Shown one piece after another: positions 10,953-21,913 of a stretch of 64,000 nt of DNA. How positions within the stretch are numbered: the first letter of the stretch is position 1; every line of letters begins with the position of its first letter. The notes beneath the pieces were generated by a model, which made no database searches, was not told the DNA's origin, and saw only the letters and a list, made by a program, of their open reading frames with translations. Both the position numbers and the translations under genes were made by a program. The DNA lies in sequence record MK250019.1; one strand, 5' to 3'.

Positions 10953-13106
10953 ATGGCAAGAAGAAGTTCAACTATTAGAGATATTAGAGCAAATGCATTG
11001 GATAAGCAGTCAGAGAGCGTAAAAATGTCTACTGTTTATACAACTGCAAAAATTAATTAGATATTAGACGATATAAAGAAAGGTAAAAAACCAGATCTCA
11101 ACCCGTTTTATCATGGTAAAAAAGATTTAAGGGATTCTGGTATTACTTTTGAACGTACACAAGAAGAAGATGATGAATATAAAAAATGTGCAATGGATTG
11201 CATATATTTTGTTTCAAGATATGTAAAATTCAGAAACGACAAAGGTTTTACATTAGTTAAATTAAGAGATTATTAGGAAGACGTTATTCATCTTTTTTCT
11301 GATGAAATATGGGATGAAGAACTACAAGATGTTCGTATGAAAAATAGAAGAGTAATTCTTTTGTAGGCAAGACAAACGGCTAAAAGTACCACTTGCGTCG
11401 CGTATTTTGTATGGTACTTGATTTTTCATGCAGACCGTAACTTAATGATCACAGCTAATAAAGAGTCTACTACAAAGGAAATTCTTAAAAAATGTATGGA
11501 TGTATTTAAAGCATTACCATACTTCTTGAAGCCGGGTATTGAAGAATATTCAAAAACAACTTTAAGAACTGAGAATGGTTGTTCTTTAAGAGCAGTTGCA
11601 ACTACTGGTGATTCTGCAACAGGTGATTCAATAAATATCCTTCTCATTGATGAATGTGCACTAATATCTCAAAATGTAATTAAGGAATTCTGGGCATCAG
11701 TTTACCCAACAATGTCAAACTTCCAGTAGTCTTAGATTATTGTTTTGTCAACACCACGTGGTAGAACAGGACTTTATTATGATTTATGGGAGGGTGCATA
11801 GAACGGTAAAAATGGTTTTGTGTCAAAACGTGTAGACTGGTGGCAGGTACCAGGTAGAGATGAAAAATGGAAGCAAGATTAGATTTCTGTATTCGGACAA
11901 GATTTATGGGAACGTGAGTTTGAACTTTCATTTGATACTAATGAATCTAGATTGTTATCAAAGAATGCATTAGAGAAAATAGATCATATAAAGAGAAAAT
12001 TTGAACATGTTGAGATATATGGTGTACCTAAACGTGTAACTGATAAAATATATTGGGATCCAGAATTTCATCCAGATTAGTTAACATATGAAGATAAGAT
12101 ACAACGAAGATTTGTATGTATAATTGATACTGCATAGGGAACTGAAGCTGGTGAATATGGTAAAGAAGATTCAGATTATAATATTATTAATATATTTGAA
12201 ATGAAACTTTTAGATCCTGAAATAATTTTAAAGAATAGACTTGGATATAAAGCAGTTAAATATACTAACTGTATATGTTTAGAATAGGTTGGTATTTACA
12301 TAGATAATAATTTTGATGAAGAAGAATGCGCAGCAGCTGCCCAACATATTGCATTTGATGTATTCAGTAATGGTGGTGGTTATGAAGGTGAAATAGATAA
12401 TATGAGAATATTGTATGAAACTAATTTTAATGGTAAGAATTTCAGAAAGATTTTTTAGAAGCATGATTAGTTTTATGATACAATATTAAAAGGTTTCTTA
12501 ACAACTGGTGGAAATCACGGCAAGAAATATTTCTGTGAACTTGGTGCAAAGCTTATTGATCTTGATTAGATTATTGTTAAGTAGGATCATGAAATACCTG
12601 TATTATCTTCTGTTGAATAGTTAAAGTCATTCGGTAAAGTAAAGAATAGTTATGCAGGTTTATCTATGCATGATGATATATCTATTACTATATTATTTGC
12701 AAGTCGTTTCTTTGAAGATGACAGTCAATTTGAATGGCTTGATGAATGGTTTAGCCAATTACTAAATTATAATTATAATACAATAGAAGAAAGAAATAAG
12801 GTTTTACAGATATTAAATTATCTTGAAATATATGAATATACTAATGAAGATGATGATACTGAAGCTGATAATTATTCAGAATTAGTAAGTGCAGCAACCT
12901 CAGGATTTGGACAAATAACATAGCAAGCATCTGGAACATATGGTTCATTAATGCATAATTAGAATACATCAACACCGTATCATAATAATCCTAATAATAT
13001 GAATGGAAATTATTATCCACCTCAACAACAAACACCTATGTATTAGGGAACATATTCTAGTTTAAGTAGAAATAATTTAATGAATTCACGTTTTATCAAG
13101 CGTTAA
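10953..13106 (+). CDS. terL: Terminase large subunit (T4 gp17-like), 717 aa, code 15
   Basis: Q-motif LRDY(TAG)ED, Walker A ARQTAKST, Walker B LLIDECA, coupling motif LSTPRG, and nuclease IIDTA(TAG)G...DSDYNII. One frame to TAA 13104-13106. Confidence 0.93.
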
Positions 13107-13142
13107 AATAAATATATTAATAATTTAATAAAATTTAGATAC

Positions 13143-14660
13143 ATGAATAAGAAATTATATAATTCTATAGTTAGAGTAATATCAGAGTCATTATAGAAAT
13201 CATTGTATGAAGGTTTATTTGATGATGTAGATGATATATTATCAAATGATGATATATATTCTTCTTAGTTAATGGATGATTATTTAAAAAAAGTTATATT
13301 AGAAACATTATGTACAACTGATGCTTATCATAATGTTGAAGCAGATGAAGATGACGGTTTACCTATGATAAAATAGAATCCTGATAATAATTTATAGTAT
13401 TATATTGCACCTTACACTACATATAAACGTGAAAAGTTAGGGCCTAGAAAAAGGAAGAGATATAATTTAAATTATTTCTACAGATATATTTTAACATTTG
13501 ATGAAACAGGGGGAATGATATTAGATATTACAAAATTCGGTAATAAAAGAAATTTCATTATTAATGATCAATTATATTAGTTTATTTGTAAAACTCCATA
13601 TACAATAAGTGAAATAAAATATCATTTACCATATAATGAATATACTCCATATACAGAACAATGGGAAAAAATATGGATAATAAACAGAACACCACTTTCT
13701 ATGTCAAAAAATATTCCAAATTCATTTGTTAATAAATTTCCAGAAAAAATAACACCTATGTATTCAGATGAATTAAAAGATGATATGAATCCATCTAATA
13801 ATTCTATAATAGACAGAAAATGGTTTACATCAGATGAAATGTTTTTAACATTTATCCAGAAACTTGTAAATAATCAATTTGATATTTCAGATAAAGAATT
13901 TTTTGTATATAATTAGAATACAATAGATGAACGTAGAAAAGAACTTTTATCAGGTAATCAGGATAAACAAATAGAAGAAGAAAATGATGCAAAATTGAAT
14001 TTCAGTAGAAGTATACTGGGTGAAAAATATTATCAAAAATTTAATCAAATTTCGCAATATTTTCAAGAAAATAACATAAAATTTTACTTAAAAACAATAA
14101 ATACTTTTAGAACATGTAAAATTTGCTTAAAAGATACAGTATTGAATTTAAGACGTTAGAATGGATATATATTTGATGAGATTGATAATATAGAAGAACC
14201 TAATAGAGTAGAACCATTTTTTGAACGATAGCTATTATATAAAATGTTTTGTATAATGAAACATGAAAAATTAAATGACTGGAAAATTCAGCAGACTTAT
14301 GATGAATGTATAAATGGTACTCTGGTAAGTTATAATTTTTATAATACATCAACTTCATATTATGATATAAACACATTACCTATAAAATTTGATAACAAAT
14401 ATGCTATATATAATTTGTATTATGTAATTGGTAAAGCTATATCAGACAGTAAACCGATTTATGAATTAGGCGTTAAAAAATTTGACAAATATCCATATCA
14501 AAATGATGTAACATTAGGTCCAACATCTATATTAGCTGCTAATGAAATAGAAACAACCGGTAATGCATCATTTAATATGTCAATGTTCGATTATAGTTAT
14601 TTAACAGATTAGTTAAAGACAATTATTGATAAAGTTTGTAAAAAATACAAAATAAAGTGA
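13143..14660 (+). CDS. Hypothetical protein (505 aa, code 15) with N-terminal ISE/LYE-GLFDD leader
   Basis: Translated continuously from ATG 13143 to TGA 14658-14660 with TAG=Gln. Confidence 0.7.
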
Positions 14661-14673
14661 AATTGTTATTAAT

Positions 14674-15264
14674 ATGAGAATAACCACATTAAACCAATTA
14701 AAAGAATATACTACATATACATATTATAAATTAAATAAACCTGAATATACAAAAAAGAAAAAAGTTTATATTTGTCAACCTATTAACTATATAGATGAAG
14801 GATGTACACATATGGATATATGGTCAGGATATATATTTTATAAAACTAATGCAGTTTCCAGGAATGTAGGTTATTATGGTTTTTTATTAGATAAAGAATC
14901 AGATGAAACATATAATAATATAATTAAAAAACAACCAAAATATCTTGGTAAAATTTCACCTATGTGGTATGTAAATACTACATTGTATAATATACAATCT
15001 GAAGAAAATTGTAAGTTATATAAAAATCTGAAATTAGAAGAAAATCTATTAACTGAAAATAATAAAGCTATATTTACAGATAAGCATGAAATAGAACAAT
15101 ATATAGATGATATAAGAAATAATATCATTAAGATTCCAGAAGTAGAACATATTGTTACAATGAAAACATGGTATAATGATAAAGATGGAAATAAAATAGA
15201 AGAAACATCAGTTAGACATTTACCAAGTGGGAAAACAGATATAATAAAAACAATAATAAAATAA
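14674..15264 (+). CDS. Hypothetical protein
   Basis: 196-aa TAG-free ORF followed by terminator hairpin AAAGTCTTCAC...GTGAAGACTTT. Confidence 0.6.
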   Translation: MRITTLNQLKEYTTYTYYKLNKPEYTKKKKVYICQPINYIDEGCTHMDIWSGYIFYKTNAVSRNVGYYGFLLDKESDETYNNIIKKQPKYLGKISPMWYVNTTLYNIQSEENCKLYKNLKLEENLLTENNKAIFTDKHEIEQYIDDIRNNIIKIPEVEHIVTMKTWYNDKDGNKIEETSVRHLPSGKTDIIKTIIK

Positions 15265-15352
15265 TGTTAAAATTTAAAGTCTTCACATGCCGTTGTGAAG
15301 ACTTTTTTATTTATTATTATATAAACACTAATTAACTATATTTTTATAAAAA

Positions 15353-16489
15353 ATGAATACTGAAAATAAATTTAATTATGTTCTTGTCGGCGGAACATTT
15401 AATGATAATAAAGGAAAAGAATCTGGCGTAGTGAATAAATTATATCACGCATTAGGTACATTTAATTCTGTTATGTATAATGGTGGTAATTATTTCGATT
15501 TGGTTGGTAATGCTTTATCATCTATTACAGAAACAGATCTTATTATATGGATGGCAGATGTAGATAATGCTAAAGAGAAAATATATCCAGTTAAAAATAC
15601 AGGGTCTGTATTAATTTGCTCAAAAGTTATTAGAGACGGTTATACATATAAAGATGCAATTGCACGTATATTTAAAATGCATGGTAATGCTGTTATTGCA
15701 ATTACAAAAGATAGTAAAACGAATATGTTTGTGTTTGAATTTTGGGATGCATTAGCAAATTGTTGGTACAGTGGTTCTGATATTGAAAAATTAGCATTAA
15801 CAATATATAGGTTTTATATATTCAGTAAAGGCAGTATTCGTCGACAAACAGCACGAGATACCTCATTAATTAAATATAATGATGGTAGACCTGATGATCT
15901 AAATGATTTTATTAAGTTGAATAATAGTCTTGCTGATTTTATTCAAACATCATGTGGTGATAGGTTTTTTGGTAATTTATCTACACGTTGTCAAAAGTTA
16001 TTTCCATCAGAACGTGATGGTAAATTTATTTATGTAAGTCCAAGAAATGTAGATAAAAATAGGTTAACTCCTTCTGATTTTGTTTTATTTAATACAGATG
16101 ATTATACTTATTATTCAGTAGATGAAAAAATAAAGCCATCTGTTGATTCTCCTGTACAATCTGAAATATATAAAGAATTCCCATCTATCAATTATATGAT
16201 TCATGGACATGCATTTATATCTATTATGAAAGAGTTAGATGAAAATAATATTCCTTGTGCAAGTACAGAGAATTATTTTCCATGTGGAGACTTAAGAGAA
16301 TTAACAGAAGTAAAGAAACTTATGAAACATATCATATATGATGAATGTCATAAAGATTATGGTATAATAAATTTGAAAGGACATGGTTTTTTAATGTTCA
16401 GTCAGACTTTTGAACAAATGAAATATATGATTAATGATATATATGCATTCAGAATGAATGATGGTAAACAATTATTTAAATTTTATTAA
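15353..16489 (+). CDS. Class II aldolase/adducin-family domain protein with extra N-terminal domain
   Basis: GNLSTR...KPSVDS...YMIHGHA...INLKGHG matches the class II aldolase metal-binding His pattern. Confidence 0.7.
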   Translation: MNTENKFNYVLVGGTFNDNKGKESGVVNKLYHALGTFNSVMYNGGNYFDLVGNALSSITETDLIIWMADVDNAKEKIYPVKNTGSVLICSKVIRDGYTYKDAIARIFKMHGNAVIAITKDSKTNMFVFEFWDALANCWYSGSDIEKLALTIYRFYIFSKGSIRRQTARDTSLIKYNDGRPDDLNDFIKLNNSLADFIQTSCGDRFFGNLSTRCQKLFPSERDGKFIYVSPRNVDKNRLTPSDFVLFNTDDYTYYSVDEKIKPSVDSPVQSEIYKEFPSINYMIHGHAFISIMKELDENNIPCASTENYFPCGDLRELTEVKKLMKHIIYDECHKDYGIINLKGHGFLMFSQTFEQMKYMINDIYAFRMNDGKQLFKFY

Positions 16490-16491
16490 TA

Positions 16492-17187
16492 ATGGGAAAA
16501 TTCAATATTAAATCATTATTTGTTGAAGAAACAAATACAGACGATGAAGTTAAAGATACTACAGTCGAAACTTCAAATAATTCAAATAATAAACCAAATG
16601 TAGAAAGTAATGTATCTACATCAAACGTACAATCACCAGCATCTATTCCAGCTGATGCATCAGTTAATTCTGGAAAGGAAGAAGTAAATCAAGAACTACT
16701 TAATAAACTATGTAATTATCTAGAAACATGTAAAATCGAAGGTGGTGATTATATGCAACTTAAAAAAGCAGCAAACAGTGATGGAATGAAAGTTATTCCA
16801 GATGAAGCTGTCAGATTCCAAGCTGCATATGCAACGCTAAAAAGTGTAAATCCAAATCTTACAAAAGATATTATTATCAATTCTATTGATACATATATTT
16901 CTGAAATGAATAAACAATATGATATTGCTATTAAACAGATTGAGGAAAAAAGAAAGATTAATGTAGGTGATAAGAAAAGAGCACATGAGGAGAAAGCTCA
17001 ACGAATTGCAATGCTTCAAAAGGAGATTGTAGAATTATCTACTGAAATGACAAAATTATCTGATGAAATTAAAGAAGGTGATGCAGAATGTGATAAGAAT
17101 GTAAAGGAATTTAGAAATGCTGTAGATGTTATTGTATCTGCATTAGAATCAGATAAGAAAAAGATTTCAGAAAAGTTAGTAAATTAA
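16492..17187 (+). CDS. Coiled-coil protein, member of the ABC/OmpA module
   Basis: Disordered N-terminus, then GGDYMQLKKA...FQAAYATL and a long C-terminal coiled coil. Confidence 0.6.
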   Translation: MGKFNIKSLFVEETNTDDEVKDTTVETSNNSNNKPNVESNVSTSNVQSPASIPADASVNSGKEEVNQELLNKLCNYLETCKIEGGDYMQLKKAANSDGMKVIPDEAVRFQAAYATLKSVNPNLTKDIIINSIDTYISEMNKQYDIAIKQIEEKRKINVGDKKRAHEEKAQRIAMLQKEIVELSTEMTKLSDEIKEGDAECDKNVKEFRNAVDVIVSALESDKKKISEKLVN

Positions 17188-17191
17188 TAAT

Positions 17192-17374
17192 ATGAGAGTA
17201 ATAATTAAAAATTACGATTCTACAAAAGCAAAGGATATTATTATTCCTGTAGAAAATAATATGGATAAACATGTAGACTTTTCAGGTGGTTATGTTGTAT
17301 TAAATGATGCAGATGGTAATAAAGTTGTTTATGTAGATTTTATGAAATATCCTGAAGTAACATTAGATTTATAA
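17192..17374 (+). CDS. Small hypothetical protein
   Basis: 60-aa ORF tightly packed between its neighbours. Confidence 0.5.
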   Translation: MRVIIKNYDSTKAKDIIIPVENNMDKHVDFSGGYVVLNDADGNKVVYVDFMKYPEVTLDL

Positions 17375-17389
17375 TAATTAAATAAAAAT

Positions 17390-18454
17390 ATGGCAGAATA
17401 TAACACAAGTGATATTGTAAATGTAGCAAAAAATACAGTATCAAAATGGGAAAAACCTGGTGGAACAACAGGTATGATTGTATTAGGTGTTGTAGTAGGT
17501 GCAATTGCAATTAATATTACACCTATTATGAATTTTATTGCAGCAGCATGCGCAAGCACACTATCTGCAATTGGTATGGCGGCAGCACTTTTTCTAGTTT
17601 TATATTGTTTATTTGATCCTCGTATTCGTAATATTGGTTCAACAATATATTTTATGATTATGCGTAAGATTGAAGGTCTTCTTGTTGATTATGATCCAAT
17701 CTCTATTGTTAAGAGAAAAATTATGCAGATGAATAAGAAGATTCAGGAAATTACCGATAATATGGGAAAGCTTCGAGGTCTTATTGATAAATCAGAAAAA
17801 CGTATTCAAGATAAAAAGAAACAATGTGATCATGATTTTCAACTATTAAATAAGTATAAAGAAACTGGTAAAGCACAAGATGCTGCTGTATATGAACGAC
17901 AAGTTACTCGCCTTACTGAAGTAATTAAAAATTCAGAAGCACGTCTTATTCAGTCAAAACAATGGTATGAAATTATGGGTAAACTGAAACACCAGGCTGA
18001 ATTAACAGTACTTGATGCAACAAATGAAGTAAATGAACGTGTAGAAGAGTGGGAAATGATTAAAGCACAGCATAAGGCATTTACATCTATTGTTGGAATT
18101 ATTAATGGTAAGGATGATCAGTTTAGCTTATTTACTCGTGCAATGGATCATATGGCTGATGATATTTCACAGAAACTTGGAGAAATGTCATTTATCATCG
18201 AGGAAACAGGTGGTTTGATGTCAAAGATTGATATGGATAATCTTGTGATGTCAGATAAAGCAAATGCACTTCTTGCACAATATAATTCTGGTGGTCTTGA
18301 TGCTGTTCTTCTTGGAAGTTTTGCAAAGCAACCAATTGAACACGCACCAGCAGAAAATGTAGAGTTCAAAGAAGCAGAATTTACAAATTTGAATACTATT
18401 ACAAATAATAGGAATAATGTACAACAAACATTAGGTCAACCAAATTGGTTTTAA
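17390..18454 (+). CDS. Membrane-anchored coiled-coil protein, PspA/IM30-like
   Basis: Two N-terminal hydrophobic helices followed by about 250 aa of heptad coiled coil. Confidence 0.55.
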   Translation: MAEYNTSDIVNVAKNTVSKWEKPGGTTGMIVLGVVVGAIAINITPIMNFIAAACASTLSAIGMAAALFLVLYCLFDPRIRNIGSTIYFMIMRKIEGLLVDYDPISIVKRKIMQMNKKIQEITDNMGKLRGLIDKSEKRIQDKKKQCDHDFQLLNKYKETGKAQDAAVYERQVTRLTEVIKNSEARLIQSKQWYEIMGKLKHQAELTVLDATNEVNERVEEWEMIKAQHKAFTSIVGIINGKDDQFSLFTRAMDHMADDISQKLGEMSFIIEETGGLMSKIDMDNLVMSDKANALLAQYNSGGLDAVLLGSFAKQPIEHAPAENVEFKEAEFTNLNTITNNRNNVQQTLGQPNWF

Positions 18455-18516
18455 TAAAATTAAAGAGAATTGTGTAAAAAATACATGATTCTCTTTTTTA
18501 TTTTTAAAAATATATG

Positions 18517-18524
18517 TATCTTTG
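18517..18524 (+). promoter_or_regulatory. Bacteroidetes sigma-A -7 element (TAnnTTTG)
   Basis: TATCTTTG about 20 nt upstream of ATG 18546; the same motif recurs at 23230, 23813, 26547, 28851 and 54352. Confidence 0.7.
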
Positions 18525-18545
18525 AATTAATAAAATATTTATGTT

Positions 18546-18875
18546 ATGATAAAAATAGTTGATACATCATATTATATTATTAATAATAAAGAAAAGAAAG
18601 AATTATTTATATATTACGATACAGAACATAAATTGGATTGTAATATGGATATACTTTCTTTTCAATTAGATTTTAATCTCAAAGATATTGATAATGATAA
18701 TAAAGATGAAATTATTGAACAATATTTTAAAGATAATTGGACAAGATTTTTTATGATAAAATCAGTACCATATGGAGATTTAATGTCTATTGGTATTTCA
18801 TTTGAACAAATATTAAATATGGTTAATGAAATAGCTAAATCAAAAATAATATTTGAAGATTATAAATCAATTTAA
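18546..18875 (+). CDS. Hypothetical protein
   Basis: 109-aa TAG-free ORF behind the promoter. Confidence 0.55.
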   Translation: MIKIVDTSYYIINNKEKKELFIYYDTEHKLDCNMDILSFQLDFNLKDIDNDNKDEIIEQYFKDNWTRFFMIKSVPYGDLMSIGISFEQILNMVNEIAKSKIIFEDYKSI

Positions 18876-18963
18876 TAGACTTTTTAATAAACACGATATA
18901 AAAGAAAAATAGAGAATAATATTAAACATTAATTTAAATAACTTTAATTAAGAATTAAAAATT

Positions 18964-20553
18964 ATGGCAAATGTTGTTTTGCGACCTTGGGTAAAGGTTG
19001 TTGGTGTTATTGCAGTTGTTGCTGCAATTATGTTTGGTGCTTCTAAATTTTTTGGAGGCAGTAATGATGGTGATAATAAGTCATCGAGTGACAGCGGCGG
19101 TTTTTTCAGCGGCATGTTTTCTGGTGGTGATGATGATGTAATCACCATTGGTACAAATACTTATGCAGGTTTTCTGCCATTTATGTATTTGAATAATGGT
19201 CTTGAACCTAATGAAGATTGTCCTATTTATAAGGAATATGGTCTTAAGTTGAAGATTGTTGTTCAGGATGATTTTGCTGCAGGACGTGCAGCATTCAATA
19301 ATGGTGATATTGACATTATTTATTGTACTGCTGATGCTCTTCCTGTTGAGATGAGTGAAGGTTCAAATATGAATGATGCTCGTTTCTTTAATGTATCAAA
19401 CTGGTCACGTGGAGCTGATGCTATTGTAGTTAATAAGAGTATTCAGAATGTAAGTAACTTGATTGGTAAGGTTGTTTGTTGCTCTCAGGGTACAGCATCT
19501 CATACACTGTTGTTGAATACACTTGAAACAAATGGTATTGGAGCTGATAAGGTAAATATGGGAAATTCTACAGATCCTAATAAGGTTAATATTAAGGTTG
19601 TAGATAACGGTCTTGAAGCTGCTTCTGCATTCCGTGCAGGTTCTTGTGATGCAGCTGTTGTATTCTCTCCAGATGATCAGGATTTGGTTGCAACTGTAAA
19701 GGGTGCACATGTATTGATTTCAACAAAGCAAGCATCTAATATTATTTGTGATGGTTTGATTGCAAAGCAGAGCTACCTTGATTCTAATAAAGAGAATGTA
19801 AAGAAACTTATTTCTGCATTGTTGTATGCAAATGATAAAATGAATAGTGACGAAGCAGCAGTAAAGATTGCAGCTAAGGCTTTTGCAAAGGCATATGGAA
19901 CAGATGAGAAGTTTGCAATTGATGGTTCTAAGAATATTCATTATATTACATTGGGAGATGCACAGAACTTCTTTGGTTTGAATAGTTCATATACAGGTAT
20001 GCAGGGTGATGAGCTATATTCAAAAATGGCACGTACTTATGAAAAGTTGGGTCTTTGTAAGAAACCACTTTCATGGCGAAAAGTTTCTTATCCTGATATT
20101 ATTGAATCACTTGCATCTAATGCTGGTGAAGTAAAGGGTGATCAGGCTGCAGAAGCATCAGTAAAGTTTAAAGAAACATCTACATCTGATGCAGAAACAA
20201 AGACTGCAATTTCAGATAAGAAGGTAACTATTGAATATCCTGTTGATAGTGATATTCTTGATAATAATGCGCAGTGTATTATTGATAGAGAGTTCGCTGG
20301 TATTGCAAAGCAGTTTGCAGGTGCAAAGATTCGTATTGTAGGAAATACTGATAATACTGGTAATTATGCATATAATGTTGAATTGTCACGAAGACGTGCA
20401 CAATCAGTTGCAAATTATCTTGTAAAGGAATATGGATTTGATAAGAATCGATTCATTATTGTTGGTAATGGTCCTAAACGTGCAGTAGAAGATAAAGTAG
20501 TAGGAAGTAATAATGCATATCGTACTACAGATTTTCAGTTGGTAACAGAGTAA
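18964..20553 (+). CDS. ABC substrate-binding protein (NMT1/SsuA-like) fused to OmpA-like peptidoglycan-binding domain
   Basis: N-terminal membrane anchor; SBP motif WSRGADAIVV; C-terminal IVGNTDNTG...NVELSRRRAQSV...NGP...YRTTDF OmpA signature. Confidence 0.85.
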   Translation: MANVVLRPWVKVVGVIAVVAAIMFGASKFFGGSNDGDNKSSSDSGGFFSGMFSGGDDDVITIGTNTYAGFLPFMYLNNGLEPNEDCPIYKEYGLKLKIVVQDDFAAGRAAFNNGDIDIIYCTADALPVEMSEGSNMNDARFFNVSNWSRGADAIVVNKSIQNVSNLIGKVVCCSQGTASHTLLLNTLETNGIGADKVNMGNSTDPNKVNIKVVDNGLEAASAFRAGSCDAAVVFSPDDQDLVATVKGAHVLISTKQASNIICDGLIAKQSYLDSNKENVKKLISALLYANDKMNSDEAAVKIAAKAFAKAYGTDEKFAIDGSKNIHYITLGDAQNFFGLNSSYTGMQGDELYSKMARTYEKLGLCKKPLSWRKVSYPDIIESLASNAGEVKGDQAAEASVKFKETSTSDAETKTAISDKKVTIEYPVDSDILDNNAQCIIDREFAGIAKQFAGAKIRIVGNTDNTGNYAYNVELSRRRAQSVANYLVKEYGFDKNRFIIVGNGPKRAVEDKVVGSNNAYRTTDFQLVTE

Positions 20554-20564
20554 TAAAAATATAT

Positions 20565-20621
20565 AAACATGCGGTTTATAGAATAATATAATTTTAATTA
20601 TATTCTATAGATCGCATGTTT
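20565..20621 (+). terminator. Long hairpin after SBP-OmpA gene
   Basis: AAACATGCG..TATAGAATA..ATAT / ATAT..TCTATAG..CGCATGTTT followed by T-run. Confidence 0.6.
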
Positions 20622-20632
20622 TTAATTTAGTT

Positions 20633-21085
20633 ATGAAATATAGAAATGATTTAATAGGTAAAAAAATTTTAATTATATGTAATAGTATAGGCAGCAGTTA
20701 TAAAAGGTTATATTGTTCTTATGTATTAGGAAAAATAATTGAATATAACCCAGCTACAAATAAGATTATGGTTATTAGAAATACTGGACATATTGGTTCA
20801 GCTGTTGAATTTAAAATTAATAATCATGATCCTTTTGAATATCCATATTATTTTGATAATCGGTTCGCATCAAGAGAACCAGAAAATGATAATGAAACAT
20901 GGTGGTATGTAGCATTTGCTGATGATGAAGCTATACAATTATTAAAACGAAATTTATTAAAACAAAATAATAGAAGACCTGTATATAAATCATACTATTT
21001 ATCAACTCTTTGCTATGGTAAACATAAATCTAAAAAAGAATATTTAACATATCTATTAAATGAATTAAACAATGAATCTAATTAA
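20633..21085 (+). CDS. Hypothetical protein inserted in the ABC cluster
   Basis: 150-aa ORF overlapping the permease start. Confidence 0.55.
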   Translation: MKYRNDLIGKKILIICNSIGSSYKRLYCSYVLGKIIEYNPATNKIMVIRNTGHIGSAVEFKINNHDPFEYPYYFDNRFASREPENDNETWWYVAFADDEAIQLLKRNLLKQNNRRPVYKSYYLSTLCYGKHKSKKEYLTYLLNELNNESN

Positions 21086-21908
21086 ACGTCTATTTAAATT
21101 TGGTGGTGATTCTGATTTTGGAACAGTTACCAATGTAATTATTAGTATTATTGGTGCAGTTATTATTATTATGGGATGGCATTGTATTTCAGCATATAAC
21201 GTAGTACCTAGTAATATTCTTCCTGATCCTTTTAAAGTGATTGGTAGTATTCCAACATTAATTTCAGAAAATCATTTATTTGCAAATATTTGGTATACAG
21301 TAAAATTGAATTTATCATGTTATGTGTATGCTATTTTATTTTCATTTCCTATAGGATTCTTAATTGCATTGTATCCTATTAATAATATCTTATTTGGAAA
21401 ATATATTAATTCAGTCCGATTTATTCCATTACCTTCTATTACAGGAATTTTCCTTGCAATATTTGGTTTGACATTTGGAATGAAGGTATGGTTTTTGACA
21501 GTTGCAATTATGATTTATATTATTCCATCTGTTGTAAATAAAGTAAATGATTTGCAAAACCCTGCTAATGAAAAAGATAATGTATATTTGCAAACTGCAC
21601 AGACAATCGGAATGACTTCATGGCAAAAATTTCGTTATGTATATTTCCCTTATGTAACAGGTGGCGTAGTTGATTCTTGTATTGACTTATTGGCTATTAG
21701 TTATAGTTATGTTGTTATTGCAGAAATGATTTATAAAGATGGTGCAGTAAGTGGAATGGGTGCATTGATTAATACGATGGTTAGACAATCACAAATGGCA
21801 TCTGCATTTGCATTACTTTTCCTTATTATTATTATCGGTTGTGTACAAGATTTTCTTTTTAAGAAAGGTGCAAAACTATTATTTCCTTACAAATATAAAA
21901 ATGAATAA
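21072..21908 (+). CDS. ABC transporter permease (SsuC/TauC-like)
   Basis: Multiple TM helices; EAA-loop-like TAQTIGMTSWQKFRYVYFP. Confidence 0.85.
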   Translation: MNLIKRLFKFGGDSDFGTVTNVIISIIGAVIIIMGWHCISAYNVVPSNILPDPFKVIGSIPTLISENHLFANIWYTVKLNLSCYVYAILFSFPIGFLIALYPINNILFGKYINSVRFIPLPSITGIFLAIFGLTFGMKVWFLTVAIMIYIIPSVVNKVNDLQNPANEKDNVYLQTAQTIGMTSWQKFRYVYFPYVTGGVVDSCIDLLAISYSYVVIAEMIYKDGAVSGMGALINTMVRQSQMASAFALLFLIIIIGCVQDFLFKKGAKLLFPYKYKNE

Positions 21909-21913
21909 AAATT

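Noticed and set aside
1130-14612. Fragmented ORFs as pseudogenes or frameshifts (also 30755-50387)
   Set aside because: The fragments share a frame and are separated only by TAG; conserved motifs need Gln at those positions.
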